From Betaproteobacteria bacterium TMED22 (GTDB lineage Bacteria > Pseudomonadota > Gammaproteobacteria > Burkholderiales > Eutrophovitaceae), in the NCBI GenBank assembly GCA_002167745.1, contig NHCB01000008.1, positions 18,202-82,201 on the forward strand: a DNA stretch of 64,000 bases, in the 5' to 3' direction. Made by a program: the position numbers and the translations under genes. The notes beneath the pieces are model-generated. The model saw only the letters and a program-made list of their open reading frames with translations. It did not search any database and was not told where the DNA came from. Below, piece by piece: positions 33,419 to 41,954 of the stretch (position 1 is the first letter of the stretch; each line of letters begins with the position of its first letter).

Positions 33419-35509
33419 TTACTGGCTAAAGGCGTAGTCTGCAGTAAAAAATAATGATCGTTCTGGCAAGGGATAAAAGTTAAATGCATCATTACCAGCC
33501 GCAGTACTATTCACCGCGAACGTAAAATACTCTTTATTTAAAACGTTATTAACCTTAAACGCGAACGCCCAGGGACCGATATTCTTGCTAAGGTTGAAAT
33601 CGAGAATCGAGTAACTCGGTATTTTCCGTCCAAAAGCATTAATCTCATCATTGGTCATAAATTGATCACTCGTATAGTTAAGCTTTGCGCCAATATTGTA
33701 GTTATCTCCCAAGTCCAGATCAGCTGAAACCCCTATTTTATTTCTCGGCACCAAGGGGATATCCTTATCTGCTAGCGAGACTCCGTTTCTCTCGCCATTA
33801 GAAAACTTGGGCTGGATGTAGGACAAGCTTCCCCTCACGACCCAATACTCATCTCGCCAAGTCGTTTGCAACTCAAGCCCCCGTCTTTGGGTAACGGAAT
33901 AATTTGTATTTACGAACGCCACCGGATCTAATCGGATTTCATCGCGAGTATCCGTTTGAAATAAGGTTGCACTTATAAAAGTCGTTTTACTGGCCAAGCT
34001 AACACCGACTTCGTGCGTGTAACTAACTTGAGGTTCCAAAAAGTCGAACGTTCTATCGATCTCAAATGTATTGCCATTAAAGGCGGCAATAAAAACCTCA
34101 TCAGAATTTGCAACGCGGAAGGCTCGACTGGTGCTGGCCTCGATATCGATTCCATTGGCTAGAGAGTACACAATGCCTAAATCGTAAGCGTTATTTTTTA
34201 ATCTTTGTTCTTTTGAGTCAGCAGCATTGTTAGTAGTGCCAAACGGTGTCGAAGCTGATGGATCCACGAAGTCAGTAGCCTCTCCATCTTGCTGTTCGTG
34301 CCTAAAACCTAAAATCGCCTTGAACTGGTTCGTTAATCCGACAGTGCCACGGCCATATAGGGCTAGATTGGTTTGATCCAGTTTTGCAATACCAAATGGC
34401 TGGGTCGAAATCGCCGATGGGGTAGTCGCTCGTCTGTGGGTGCGGTCCCATTTGAAATAATCTAGCCCGAAGACAAATTCACCGCCACTCAAAGTATTTT
34501 TAGCGTTATATCTCACACGTGGCGATAGTTGCCATACCTTTGTTTTGATATTGGAAAACTCTTGGGAGCCAGCTGAGAATAAAGAAGAATCACTGTCCCG
34601 AAACGAAACCTCTTCAATTATGGTCCAACGACCTATATCCTGAGTCATTGAAAGGATTGCGTTGTTGCCGTCGAGCGTCAAAAAATCTTGCTCCGAATCC
34701 GTCGACTGCCGGTCAACAGTTCTTATAGGGACACCACCATCAGGATTAATGAGCAGGTCACCAGGTGTTCTTAGATCTAATCGATCTGCGCCCGTGGTAA
34801 AGGTAATGATATTCTGATCTCCGTACCACTGATAGTCTAGTTTAGCTACAGACCGTCTCTCCTCGTTATTCTCTCGATAATTGTCCGAATTGTATCGCTG
34901 ACCAAAGACCCAAATGCCGGCATTATCACCGGCCGTTGTGCCCGAGAGATCTACTGATCGTGTGCCGAACGACCCCAGGTCTGTTCTGACCTTCGCGGTT
35001 CTCTCATTTGGCTGTTGGCGCTTCGTAATAACGTTTATATAGCCGGCTGTCGCACCCGCGCCGTAAAGCACACCACCAGACCCTTTCACAATCTCAATAC
35101 GGTCGATGCTGTCCAGGGGAATTGACGACCAGTTAACCGAACTTAGATCATTATTTTTGATTCTCACTCCATTTAGTAGGACGAGTGTATTCTCGTCTCC
35201 AACCGCACCATAACCCCGGACGTCAATTGCCGCCGACTGTGTGCCGTTACCAAAAAAATTGTTCACAAGAGATAGGCCACTATGGGAAGACAGAAGCTCC
35301 GGTAAACTTTGGTGACTCGCATTCTCGAGCTGTTCAGAAGTAATGATCTCTATTCCTGGAGAGAGCCTTATTGCTTGTTCCTCGAATCGATCTACGGTAA
35401 GTAATACAGGTTCGATATTTATGTATTGTTGGGCAAAGGATCTTCCGCCAATTAAGAAAAAAAATAGACTGGTGGCCACTGCCAAAATCAAGTGGGGTGA
35501 GTGCTGCAT
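33419..35509 (-). CDS. TonB-dependent outer-membrane receptor, cobalamin-riboswitch controlled (BtuB-like function inferred)
   Basis: About 696 aa with signal peptide, TonB box-like PVLLTVDR, plug and 22-strand barrel pattern. GAGG sits 6 nt before the ATG at 35509 (the ORF extends to 35521). Confidence 0.85.
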   Translation of the reverse strand: MQHSPHLILAVATSLFFFLIGGRSFAQQYINIEPVLLTVDRFEEQAIRLSPGIEIITSEQLENASHQSLPELLSSHSGLSLVNNFFGNGTQSAAIDVRGYGAVGDENTLVLLNGVRIKNNDLSSVNWSSIPLDSIDRIEIVKGSGGVLYGAGATAGYINVITKRQQPNERTAKVRTDLGSFGTRSVDLSGTTAGDNAGIWVFGQRYNSDNYRENNEERRSVAKLDYQWYGDQNIITFTTGADRLDLRTPGDLLINPDGGVPIRTVDRQSTDSEQDFLTLDGNNAILSMTQDIGRWTIIEEVSFRDSDSSLFSAGSQEFSNIKTKVWQLSPRVRYNAKNTLSGGEFVFGLDYFKWDRTHRRATTPSAISTQPFGIAKLDQTNLALYGRGTVGLTNQFKAILGFRHEQQDGEATDFVDPSASTPFGTTNNAADSKEQRLKNNAYDLGIVYSLANGIDIEASTSRAFRVANSDEVFIAAFNGNTFEIDRTFDFLEPQVSYTHEVGVSLASKTTFISATLFQTDTRDEIRLDPVAFVNTNYSVTQRRGLELQTTWRDEYWVVRGSLSYIQPKFSNGERNGVSLADKDIPLVPRNKIGVSADLDLGDNYNIGAKLNYTSDQFMTNDEINAFGRKIPSYSILDFNLSKNIGPWAFAFKVNNVLNKEYFTFAVNSTAAGNDAFNFYPLPERSLFFTADYAFSQ

Positions 35510-35544
35510 TAGATACCTCATTCAGTAAATTTGCACCCGCCGTG

Positions 35545-35575
35545 CAAAATTAAAATACATCTCGACTAGTCGAGA
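35545..35575 (-). terminator. Candidate riboswitch expression-platform terminator
   Basis: 16-bp perfect palindrome TCTCGACTAGTCGAGA (35560-35575) followed on the minus strand by UGUAUUUUAAUUUU. The stem is short, so this is tentative. Confidence 0.35.
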
Positions 35576-35589
35576 CAGCTACATTTAGA

Positions 35590-35812
35590 ATGGCCGGTAT
35601 CCGGACTCACAAGAAATAACTCTACGCCTTCCCCAAATTGAGAGTAAGCACTCGCTTTTTGGGTGGCTTCGCAGCTGTTTGGGGCTGCTGTTGTAGAGCT
35701 CACGCTTGTTCACCGTTGCGGGGGCAGTACAGGAATCGCGTTTTATCGCTCACCTGTTTCCCGATTATCCTACGCCCCCTAGAATAAGGACGCAGGCACC
35801 ACGGAGGGCAAT
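35590..35812 (-). promoter_or_regulatory. Cobalamin (B12) riboswitch aptamer
   Basis: The minus-strand read contains GGTGCC..., ATAATCGGGAAACAGGTG, CTGCCCCCGCAACGGTGAA, GCCACCC...TTTGGGGAAGGCG and the B12 box AGTCCGGATACCGGCC, in canonical RF00174 order. Confidence 0.85.
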
Positions 35813-35853
35813 TTACCAGAAATGAAACTGAAATGCTATGTCATTGGGGTCTG

Positions 35854-35881
35854 TTGACTTTTTATATGCGTCGCCTATAGT
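35854..35881 (+). promoter_or_regulatory. Candidate sigma70 promoter for the zapB-like/zapA/6S unit
   Basis: TTGACT (35854-35859), 16-nt spacer, TATAGT (35876-35881). The ATG at 35888 lies 6 nt after the -10. Confidence 0.3.
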
Positions 35882-35887
35882 TTCGTC

Positions 35888-36091
35888 ATGCGTGCGCAAC
35901 TGAAGGCTCTCGAGCGAAAATTGGATGAATTAATCAGCCTCACACGAAACTTAAGAGGCGAGAATTTCACGCTCCGACAAAAACTTGTATTAGCAGAGCA
36001 TGAAAAACAAGAGCTTGCAAAGAGAATAAATCTCGCAGCATCTAAGTTGGAGAGTATGATAAGTCGACAAAATGAGAAAGATCCATTGTGA
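35888..36091 (+). CDS. Small coiled-coil protein upstream of zapA (ZapB-like / TIGR02449-like)
   Basis: 67 aa with a heptad-rich, all-helical sequence (LKALERKLDELISLTRNLRGEN...). Its stop overlaps the zapA GTG start (GTGA). Confidence 0.55.
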   Translation: MRAQLKALERKLDELISLTRNLRGENFTLRQKLVLAEHEKQELAKRINLAASKLESMISRQNEKDPL

Positions 36092-36393
36092 GCGCCCCGA
36101 CGCTGCTCGAAGTCGAGATCCTTGGTAAACCAATGCGGTTGACCTGTCCAGAGGACCAAAGGGCGGCGCTCCTCAACGCGGTATCGCTCCTAGAAGAGCA
36201 TACCCAAGAGATTCGTGAGAGCGGGAAGGTTGTGGGCTCCGAGAGAATAGCCATAATGGCGGCGCTGGAAATTGCCCACAAGCTACTTACCGTCCAAACC
36301 CGCGGTATCAATCTAAACGAATTACGCAGTACAATCACTTCAATAGGGGAAAAAATAGATACCGTTTTAAATGACCAAGAAAAATTATTTTAA
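36088..36393 (+). CDS. zapA: Cell division protein ZapA
   Basis: 101 aa; VEILGKPMRLTCPEDQRAALLNAV matches the E. coli ZapA pattern [24 protein letters not shown]. Confidence 0.8.
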   Translation: MSAPTLLEVEILGKPMRLTCPEDQRAALLNAVSLLEEHTQEIRESGKVVGSERIAIMAALEIAHKLLTVQTRGINLNELRSTITSIGEKIDTVLNDQEKLF

Positions 36394-36395
36394 TT

Positions 36396-36577
36396 TACTG
36401 TTTACTAAGAAAGAGCTGCTCGATTAATTTTCTGAACCAATAAATTTACTTAGGTTGCCAACTCAAGCAATGCTTTTGCGCGCGTTCCAGGAGGACGCAC
36501 CTACGGCATTCGGAAGGTGACCGCCTTGAACCTTATGGTTCAGGATGAACCGAGCAGCTCTTTCTTAGTAAACATAA
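36396..36577 (+). ncRNA. ssrS: 6S RNA (SsrS)
   Basis: A 23-nt closing stem pairs 36400-36422 (GTTTACTAAGAAAGAGCTGCTCG) with 36551-36573. An internal hairpin CCTTGAACC-TTAT-GGTTCAGG matches the conserved E. coli 6S element CCUUGAACCAAGGGUUCAAGG. Canonical position just 3' of zapA. Confidence 0.85.
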
Positions 36578-36596
36578 CCTAACCAATTCTTAAGCG

Positions 36597-37070
36597 ATGT
36601 CAAAATCAACCACGATCCGCTACTGGCTCATGAAATCAGAGCCTAACGTCTTCAGTATCGATGACCTTGCCAAGCGGCCTGGAAGAACTGAGCCTTGGGA
36701 TGGCATCCGAAACTATCAGGCGCGAAATTTCATGAGGGACGATATGTCCGTTGGGGATGGCGTGCTCTTTTACCATTCCAACTGTTCTCCTCCAGGCATT
36801 GCGGGATACGCCGAGGTAGCGCGGGAAGCATACCCAGATGAAACACAATTTGACGAAGTAAGTAATTACTTCGATGAAAAATCAAGTCATGAAAAGCCTC
36901 GATGGCTCAATGTGGATGTGAAATTTATTCGTAAAACAAAACTTTTATCGCTTCATGAAATGCGAGAACACAAAAAGCTCGAAAGCATGAAAGTCCTTCA
37001 AAAAGGGTCTCGTCTATCCATTACACCTGTAACGCCCGAAGAGTGGCGCTACATTCAAACCCTCATTTGA
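36597..37070 (+). CDS. EVE (PUA-like) domain protein
   Basis: 157 aa; YWLMKSEPNVFSIDDL...WDGIRNYQARNFMRD...GDGVLFYHS is the stand-alone EVE/DUF55 pattern. Confidence 0.8.
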   Translation: MSKSTTIRYWLMKSEPNVFSIDDLAKRPGRTEPWDGIRNYQARNFMRDDMSVGDGVLFYHSNCSPPGIAGYAEVAREAYPDETQFDEVSNYFDEKSSHEKPRWLNVDVKFIRKTKLLSLHEMREHKKLESMKVLQKGSRLSITPVTPEEWRYIQTLI

Positions 37071-37888
37071 TGATGGACTTGATGATCCAATGGTGGATCG
37101 CCTATCTAGCGGTGGGAGTTTTCGTAGGCTTTTTCGCGGGTCTTCTGGGAATTGGTGGTGGGACTCTTCTCGTCCCACTGATGGTTTTTCTATTTACAGC
37201 GCAAGAATTTGCAATAGAGCGAACGCTGCATCTCGCCATTGGTACTTCTCTTGCCTCAATTGTCTTCACGTCTCTATCGAGTATCCGTGCTCATCATGCG
37301 CGCGAAGCCATTTTATGGCCGACGGTCAAACAATCGGCCGGCTATCTTGTTGTTGGAACCTTCTTTGGTAGCTTCTTTGCCGAATCATTAAACCCTGCCG
37401 TTTTAGCTGGTTTATTCGTTATTTTTGCTGGATATGCCTCAATTGACCTATTTCTTAACCTCAAACCAAAGCCCTCCCGGAGCTTACCCAAAAGTATCGG
37501 CATGGGAATCGGCTCTGGGTGTATCGGGATAATTTCAAGTCTTGTAGGTATCGGCGGCGGCGTTGTTACTATTCCCCTAATGGTTATGCACAATATTCCT
37601 ATGCGAAACGCTATAGGAACATCAGCAGCTTTAGGGTTTCCAATAGCGGTAGCGGGCGCTTTAGGATACATTTGGAATGGTTGGGGCAACATATACCTGC
37701 CAGAATACAGCATTGGTTACGTATATTTACCAGCACTTGTAGGAATTGTTGTTGGGACCTTTATCACGGTTCCATTCGGCGCTAAGGTCGCACACTCGAT
37801 ACCAGTCACAGCGCTTAAAAGGATCTTTGCTTTAATTTTGATGTTTCTAGCGATCGATATGTTCGTGAAAATATTTATTAAGGCTTAA
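37070..37888 (+). CDS. TauE/SafE-family anion (sulfite/sulfonate-type) exporter
   Basis: About 272 aa polytopic protein with internal duplication and repeated GIGGG motifs. The ATG overlaps the EVE stop (TGATG). Confidence 0.75.
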   Translation: MMDLMIQWWIAYLAVGVFVGFFAGLLGIGGGTLLVPLMVFLFTAQEFAIERTLHLAIGTSLASIVFTSLSSIRAHHAREAILWPTVKQSAGYLVVGTFFGSFFAESLNPAVLAGLFVIFAGYASIDLFLNLKPKPSRSLPKSIGMGIGSGCIGIISSLVGIGGGVVTIPLMVMHNIPMRNAIGTSAALGFPIAVAGALGYIWNGWGNIYLPEYSIGYVYLPALVGIVVGTFITVPFGAKVAHSIPVTALKRIFALILMFLAIDMFVKIFIKA

Positions 37889-37905
37889 ACTAATCATCTA
37901 CTCGA

Positions 37906-38508
37906 CTAAGGTCGCTCCAAAAACCAACCCGTAAGACTATGACGATCTCGATTACAGGTTAGGACCTCATGCGCGAAGAGTTCACTCAAGAACACTACAA
38001 GCGTGCCGAATCGGGGGGCAACATCAATGAATTGCTCAAGACCGGAGTTCAAATATAATCTTAAATTCCCGCCGTCATTGCGCGACCAGCCCTTATTTAA
38101 ATACAGTGTCACTGTTAATTTTCGACGCTTGCTGGCCAATGGTCGATCATAATGGCGCTCATATGCTGAGCCAGATTTATACTGTGCTAGATGACACTCA
38201 AAATCAAAAAGGCCGAGATACAGGCTTTGATTAAGGTCATCTTTAAGCCGGTCAAATTGTAAGAATACCTTTTCAATAACAGATCCCTCTTCTCGATCGA
38301 GCCACCATATTTGATCACCTCGGATACGTTCCTGAATTTGATACTGAGAGCCCGAACCAATACCCGCACTCTTATATTTACCTCTACCCACACCTGACTC
38401 GGCATATATCCTGAGTGTATCTAATACGCTCTCGCTAAATAAGCCGTGAGTAATCGAATACCCATCACGCTCAATATCATTGCTAATTTGATTGGCGATT
38501 GAAATCAT
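37906..38508 (-). CDS. 2OG-Fe(II) oxygenase (prolyl-4-hydroxylase-like)
   Basis: 200 aa with HxD (HYD) plus distal HEV and an RxS region. Last gene of the minus-strand cluster. Confidence 0.7.
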   Translation of the reverse strand: MISIANQISNDIERDGYSITHGLFSESVLDTLRIYAESGVGRGKYKSAGIGSGSQYQIQERIRGDQIWWLDREEGSVIEKVFLQFDRLKDDLNQSLYLGLFDFECHLAQYKSGSAYERHYDRPLASKRRKLTVTLYLNKGWSRNDGGNLRLYLNSGLEQFIDVAPRFGTLVVFLSELFAHEVLTCNRDRHSLTGWFLERP

Positions 38509-38540
38509 CAGAGCCTGAATTTAACAAAATCGATCTAATT

Positions 38541-40043
38541 TCAATCGCTAGAGTATGCTTCTCTTAATAGAGATTTTTGAACTTTACCCATTGCATTTCT
38601 GGGTAATTGATTCACAACGTGGATCGCTTTAGGTACCTTATAAGTTGCGAGTTGTGCTTTTAAATTCTCAATTAATAGAGGGGTGTCAGCGTTAGAGTTT
38701 GCATTAAGGACGATCGCCGCCGTTACTGCCTCACCAAAGTCAGAATCCTTAATACCAAATACAGCAGACTCAAAAATGCTTGGCTCAGCATCTAAAATTA
38801 ACTCTATTTCTTTTGGGTAAACGTTGTATCCCCCCGTTATGATCAAATCTTTGGATCTACCAACTATCGTGAGATAACGCTCTTCGTCGAAGACCCCTAA
38901 ATCTCCCGTTCGAAACCACCCATCCGGAGTAAACTCTTCTTTGGTTTTTTCTGGCATATTTCGGTAACCTTTGAAGACATTTGGCCCTTTGATCTGTATG
39001 TGTCCAGTATCCCCCTGAGAAACACTCACATCAACATCATCTACGATACGAACGCTAACCCCGGGTAACGCCCGGCCGACCGATCCAACTTTACGTACCC
39101 CATGATAAGGGTTACTCGTAATCATTCCTGCTTCAGACATGCCGTAACGCTCTAAAATTTTATGGCCCGTTCTTTGCTCGAATAATTCGTGAGTCTCACT
39201 TAGCAAGGGAGCTGATCCAGAAATGAACAACCGGATCGCACGGCAAAGACTCTTAGTCAAACTGGCGCTACTTAATAGTCGCGTGTAGAACGTTGGCACC
39301 CCCATCATCACGGTTGATTTTGGTATTGCCTCAACAACTTCTTCAACATTAAACCTATTGAGCCAAAGCATCTTCGCTCCAACCGTCAGCGCACAATGGT
39401 TAGCGATAAATAATCCATGCACGTGAAAGACCGGTAACGCATGAAGCAAAACATCATTCTCAGAAAAATCCCAAAGTTTATTGAGCGCATTTACGTTCGA
39501 GATCAGATTATCATGCGTCACCATCGCGCCCTTACTTCGACCGGTAGTGCCCGAGGTATAAATAATGACCGCAACCTCGCTCGGGCTTGACGCTCGAGTC
39601 GGTGCGAATTCGGATTGCCTTGCCGAAAGGCTACTCAAGTCTTGATTATCTCCACCACTCAACACTACCGCCGAACAAGTCTTTATATCTGCCACCAAAG
39701 CCGAAACCTCATCCAATCGCTCAATGGTAGTAATGAAAAGTGTGGGTTTCGCGTCCGCAATAAAATGAGTCAGTTCGGATGCCTTGTATGCGGTATTTAG
39801 TGGCACGAAAATGTAACCGCCTTTTATACAGGCCAAGTAGAGCAGTAAACTGGGCAAGCTTTTTTCTACTTGCACAACAATACGATCACCGCCCCGTACA
39901 CCTAATGCACTCAAGGCATTTAAATAACGTGATACTTGGTTGCCAAGCTGGCTGTATGAGATGTTGCGCTCTTTGCCAATTTTTATTGCTATGTTCGCTG
40001 GCTTTAATTGGACAACATTTTCAATAAGTGAATAAAAATTCAT
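38541..40043 (-). CDS. MatB-like malonyl/dicarboxyl-CoA synthetase (ANL adenylating enzyme)
   Basis: 500 aa; GDRIVVQVEKS...LLYLACIKGGYIFVPLNTAY...FIADAKP resembles rhizobial MatB. AMP-binding motif YTSGTTGRSKG. Confidence 0.7.
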   Translation of the reverse strand: MNFYSLIENVVQLKPANIAIKIGKERNISYSQLGNQVSRYLNALSALGVRGGDRIVVQVEKSLPSLLLYLACIKGGYIFVPLNTAYKASELTHFIADAKPTLFITTIERLDEVSALVADIKTCSAVVLSGGDNQDLSSLSARQSEFAPTRASSPSEVAVIIYTSGTTGRSKGAMVTHDNLISNVNALNKLWDFSENDVLLHALPVFHVHGLFIANHCALTVGAKMLWLNRFNVEEVVEAIPKSTVMMGVPTFYTRLLSSASLTKSLCRAIRLFISGSAPLLSETHELFEQRTGHKILERYGMSEAGMITSNPYHGVRKVGSVGRALPGVSVRIVDDVDVSVSQGDTGHIQIKGPNVFKGYRNMPEKTKEEFTPDGWFRTGDLGVFDEERYLTIVGRSKDLIITGGYNVYPKEIELILDAEPSIFESAVFGIKDSDFGEAVTAAIVLNANSNADTPLLIENLKAQLATYKVPKAIHVVNQLPRNAMGKVQKSLLREAYSSD

Positions 40044-40098
40044 GACCTGACTTGTAAGATTGGTTGCTTGATAACCTTAATCAATATCCAGTTGAGCC

Positions 40099-41226
40099 CT
40101 AAATTTCACACCAATCTGAAATGATATCTTTGTACATATCAACAGACGCCTCTACACGATCTAAGACGCAATATTCGTCTGTCTGGTGTGCCATACTTGC
40201 CTCTCCAGGCCCTAGAATCAAAGTTGGTGGCGACCCGTAAGCAGGAGTAAGCGCCGCTGCATCAGTAAAATAAGTAGCTACTTTAGCCTCTGGGCGATAT
40301 CCCAAATAAGGCTGGACGAGATCAAAGACAGTCTGGATCCATGGAGTGTCGGGCTCCGAATAAATACTTTCTAAGTCGATGAAGGTCTCCAGTTCTACGT
40401 CATGTCCCATACATTTTTGTAATTGATCTCTCACGTCTTTATGCTTTGACGTAGGGACGCTTCTAATATCAATCGAAATAGCCGCCTCATCAGGTACTGA
40501 ATTTATATTTAATCCGCCATGTACCATGCCAACATTTAGAGTGGCCTGTCCCATCATCTCATGTGGCGGGTTCGAAAACTTAAAATTTTCTAATGCTGTT
40601 ATTGCTTTTGCAGCTCTGTAAACCGCATTTTCTCCAAGGTTAGGCATCGAACCATGAGCTGTCACACCACTAGTCTTCGCGGTTAACCAGTAAGCCCCCT
40701 TATGTCCAACAAACGGAAAGTTAGAAGTGGGCTCACCAACTAAAACTGCGCCAGCTCGACCAAGCGCTCCCTGTTGACGCACTAAATCGAAAGCCCCTTG
40801 ACAACCGACCTCTTCGCCCGCTGTGATAACCAACTCTAAGCCAGGAGTTCCGCTCAAACGGTCTGACAACTCGATGGCGGCGGTGACAAACGCGGCAACA
40901 CCACACTTCATGTCACTTGTTCCACGGCCGAATAATCGGCCTGCATCGGTTTCACCGGAGAAGGGGTCTTTCGTCCAAGCGGTTGCGCCCAAGGGCACCG
41001 TGTCAATGTGGCCGGTAATGCACAATGGTTTCTTGGTGCTGTTCCCACCTATCCGAGCTACGAGGCTCGCTCGTTTCTCGCCGAAGGGATGCAGAGACAC
41101 AGAAAATTTAGCTTTCTCTAAAATATTGCCTAAAAATCGAGCACACGCCTCTTCATCCCCCGGCGGGTTTATAGTGTTCATTTGAACCAAATGCTTAGTC
41201 AATTCTATAACTGATCCCAATGCCAT
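40099..41226 (-). CDS. M20-family metallohydrolase (ArgE/DapE/N-acyl-amino-acid deacylase type)
   Basis: 375 aa with GHIDTVP, GRGTSDMKCG and a GEE motif typical of M20 dimetal hydrolases. Confidence 0.8.
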   Translation of the reverse strand: MALGSVIELTKHLVQMNTINPPGDEEACARFLGNILEKAKFSVSLHPFGEKRASLVARIGGNSTKKPLCITGHIDTVPLGATAWTKDPFSGETDAGRLFGRGTSDMKCGVAAFVTAAIELSDRLSGTPGLELVITAGEEVGCQGAFDLVRQQGALGRAGAVLVGEPTSNFPFVGHKGAYWLTAKTSGVTAHGSMPNLGENAVYRAAKAITALENFKFSNPPHEMMGQATLNVGMVHGGLNINSVPDEAAISIDIRSVPTSKHKDVRDQLQKCMGHDVELETFIDLESIYSEPDTPWIQTVFDLVQPYLGYRPEAKVATYFTDAAALTPAYGSPPTLILGPGEASMAHQTDEYCVLDRVEASVDMYKDIISDWCEI

Positions 41227-41236
41227 CTCCTTAACA

Positions 41237-41953
41237 CTAAGCGCTGCCGAAATAGGCCGCGCGTAACTCGGAATTATTTTTCAACGAATCCACTGACCCA
41301 CTTGCTACAATTTTTCCTTGCGATAAAACATAGCCAAAATGAGCAATTTCTAATGTTTGTCGAACATTTTGTTCGACTAGTAACACAGTCATACCTTTTT
41401 CATTGATATCTTTAATAATACGAAAATTCTCTTTAACAAATAACGGTGACAAACCAAGAGATGGCTCATCAAATATCATAAGGGAGGGATTACTCATCAA
41501 GCTTCTACCAATCGTCAGCATGGCTTGCTCACCACCGGACATCGTTCCCGCTAATTGACCTGATCTCTCTTCTAGTTTCGGAAAAAAATCATACACCTGT
41601 TTTAAACGCTGCATCACAACGCTTGCGTCTCTCTCTAAAAAAGCACCTGCCTGTAAGTTTTCAAGAACAGTCATCTTTCCAAAGACTCGTCTGCCCTCTG
41701 GCACACACGTGACACCCTCACTCGCTATGTCATGTGTTGCCCATGAAGAAATGTCTTTACCGCTGAACGTCACTAAGCCTGCACGAATATTATTTAAGCC
41801 CAAAATGGCTCTAATCAATGTGGTTTTTCCGGCACCATTCGCGCCTAGCAAACAAGTGATTTTCCCCTCAATGACGTTAAGCGACACGTTACTAACCACA
41901 TCTGCCTCATCATACCCAGCCGTTAAATTATCCACGGTAAGCATCGACACCAT
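41237..41953 (-). CDS. LivF-type ABC ATPase
   Basis: 238 aa with Walker A GANGAGKTT and MSGGEQ signature. Adjacent to the LivG-type gene. Confidence 0.85.
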   Translation of the reverse strand: MVSMLTVDNLTAGYDEADVVSNVSLNVIEGKITCLLGANGAGKTTLIRAILGLNNIRAGLVTFSGKDISSWATHDIASEGVTCVPEGRRVFGKMTVLENLQAGAFLERDASVVMQRLKQVYDFFPKLEERSGQLAGTMSGGEQAMLTIGRSLMSNPSLMIFDEPSLGLSPLFVKENFRIIKDINEKGMTVLLVEQNVRQTLEIAHFGYVLSQGKIVASGSVDSLKNNSELRAAYFGSA

Positions 41954-41954
41954 T

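Noticed and set aside
35822-35857. 11-codon uORF (MKLKCYVIGVC) upstream of the zapB-like gene.
   Set aside because: No RBS, and it overlaps the predicted -35. It is most simply a chance ORF in the divergent riboswitch/promoter spacer.
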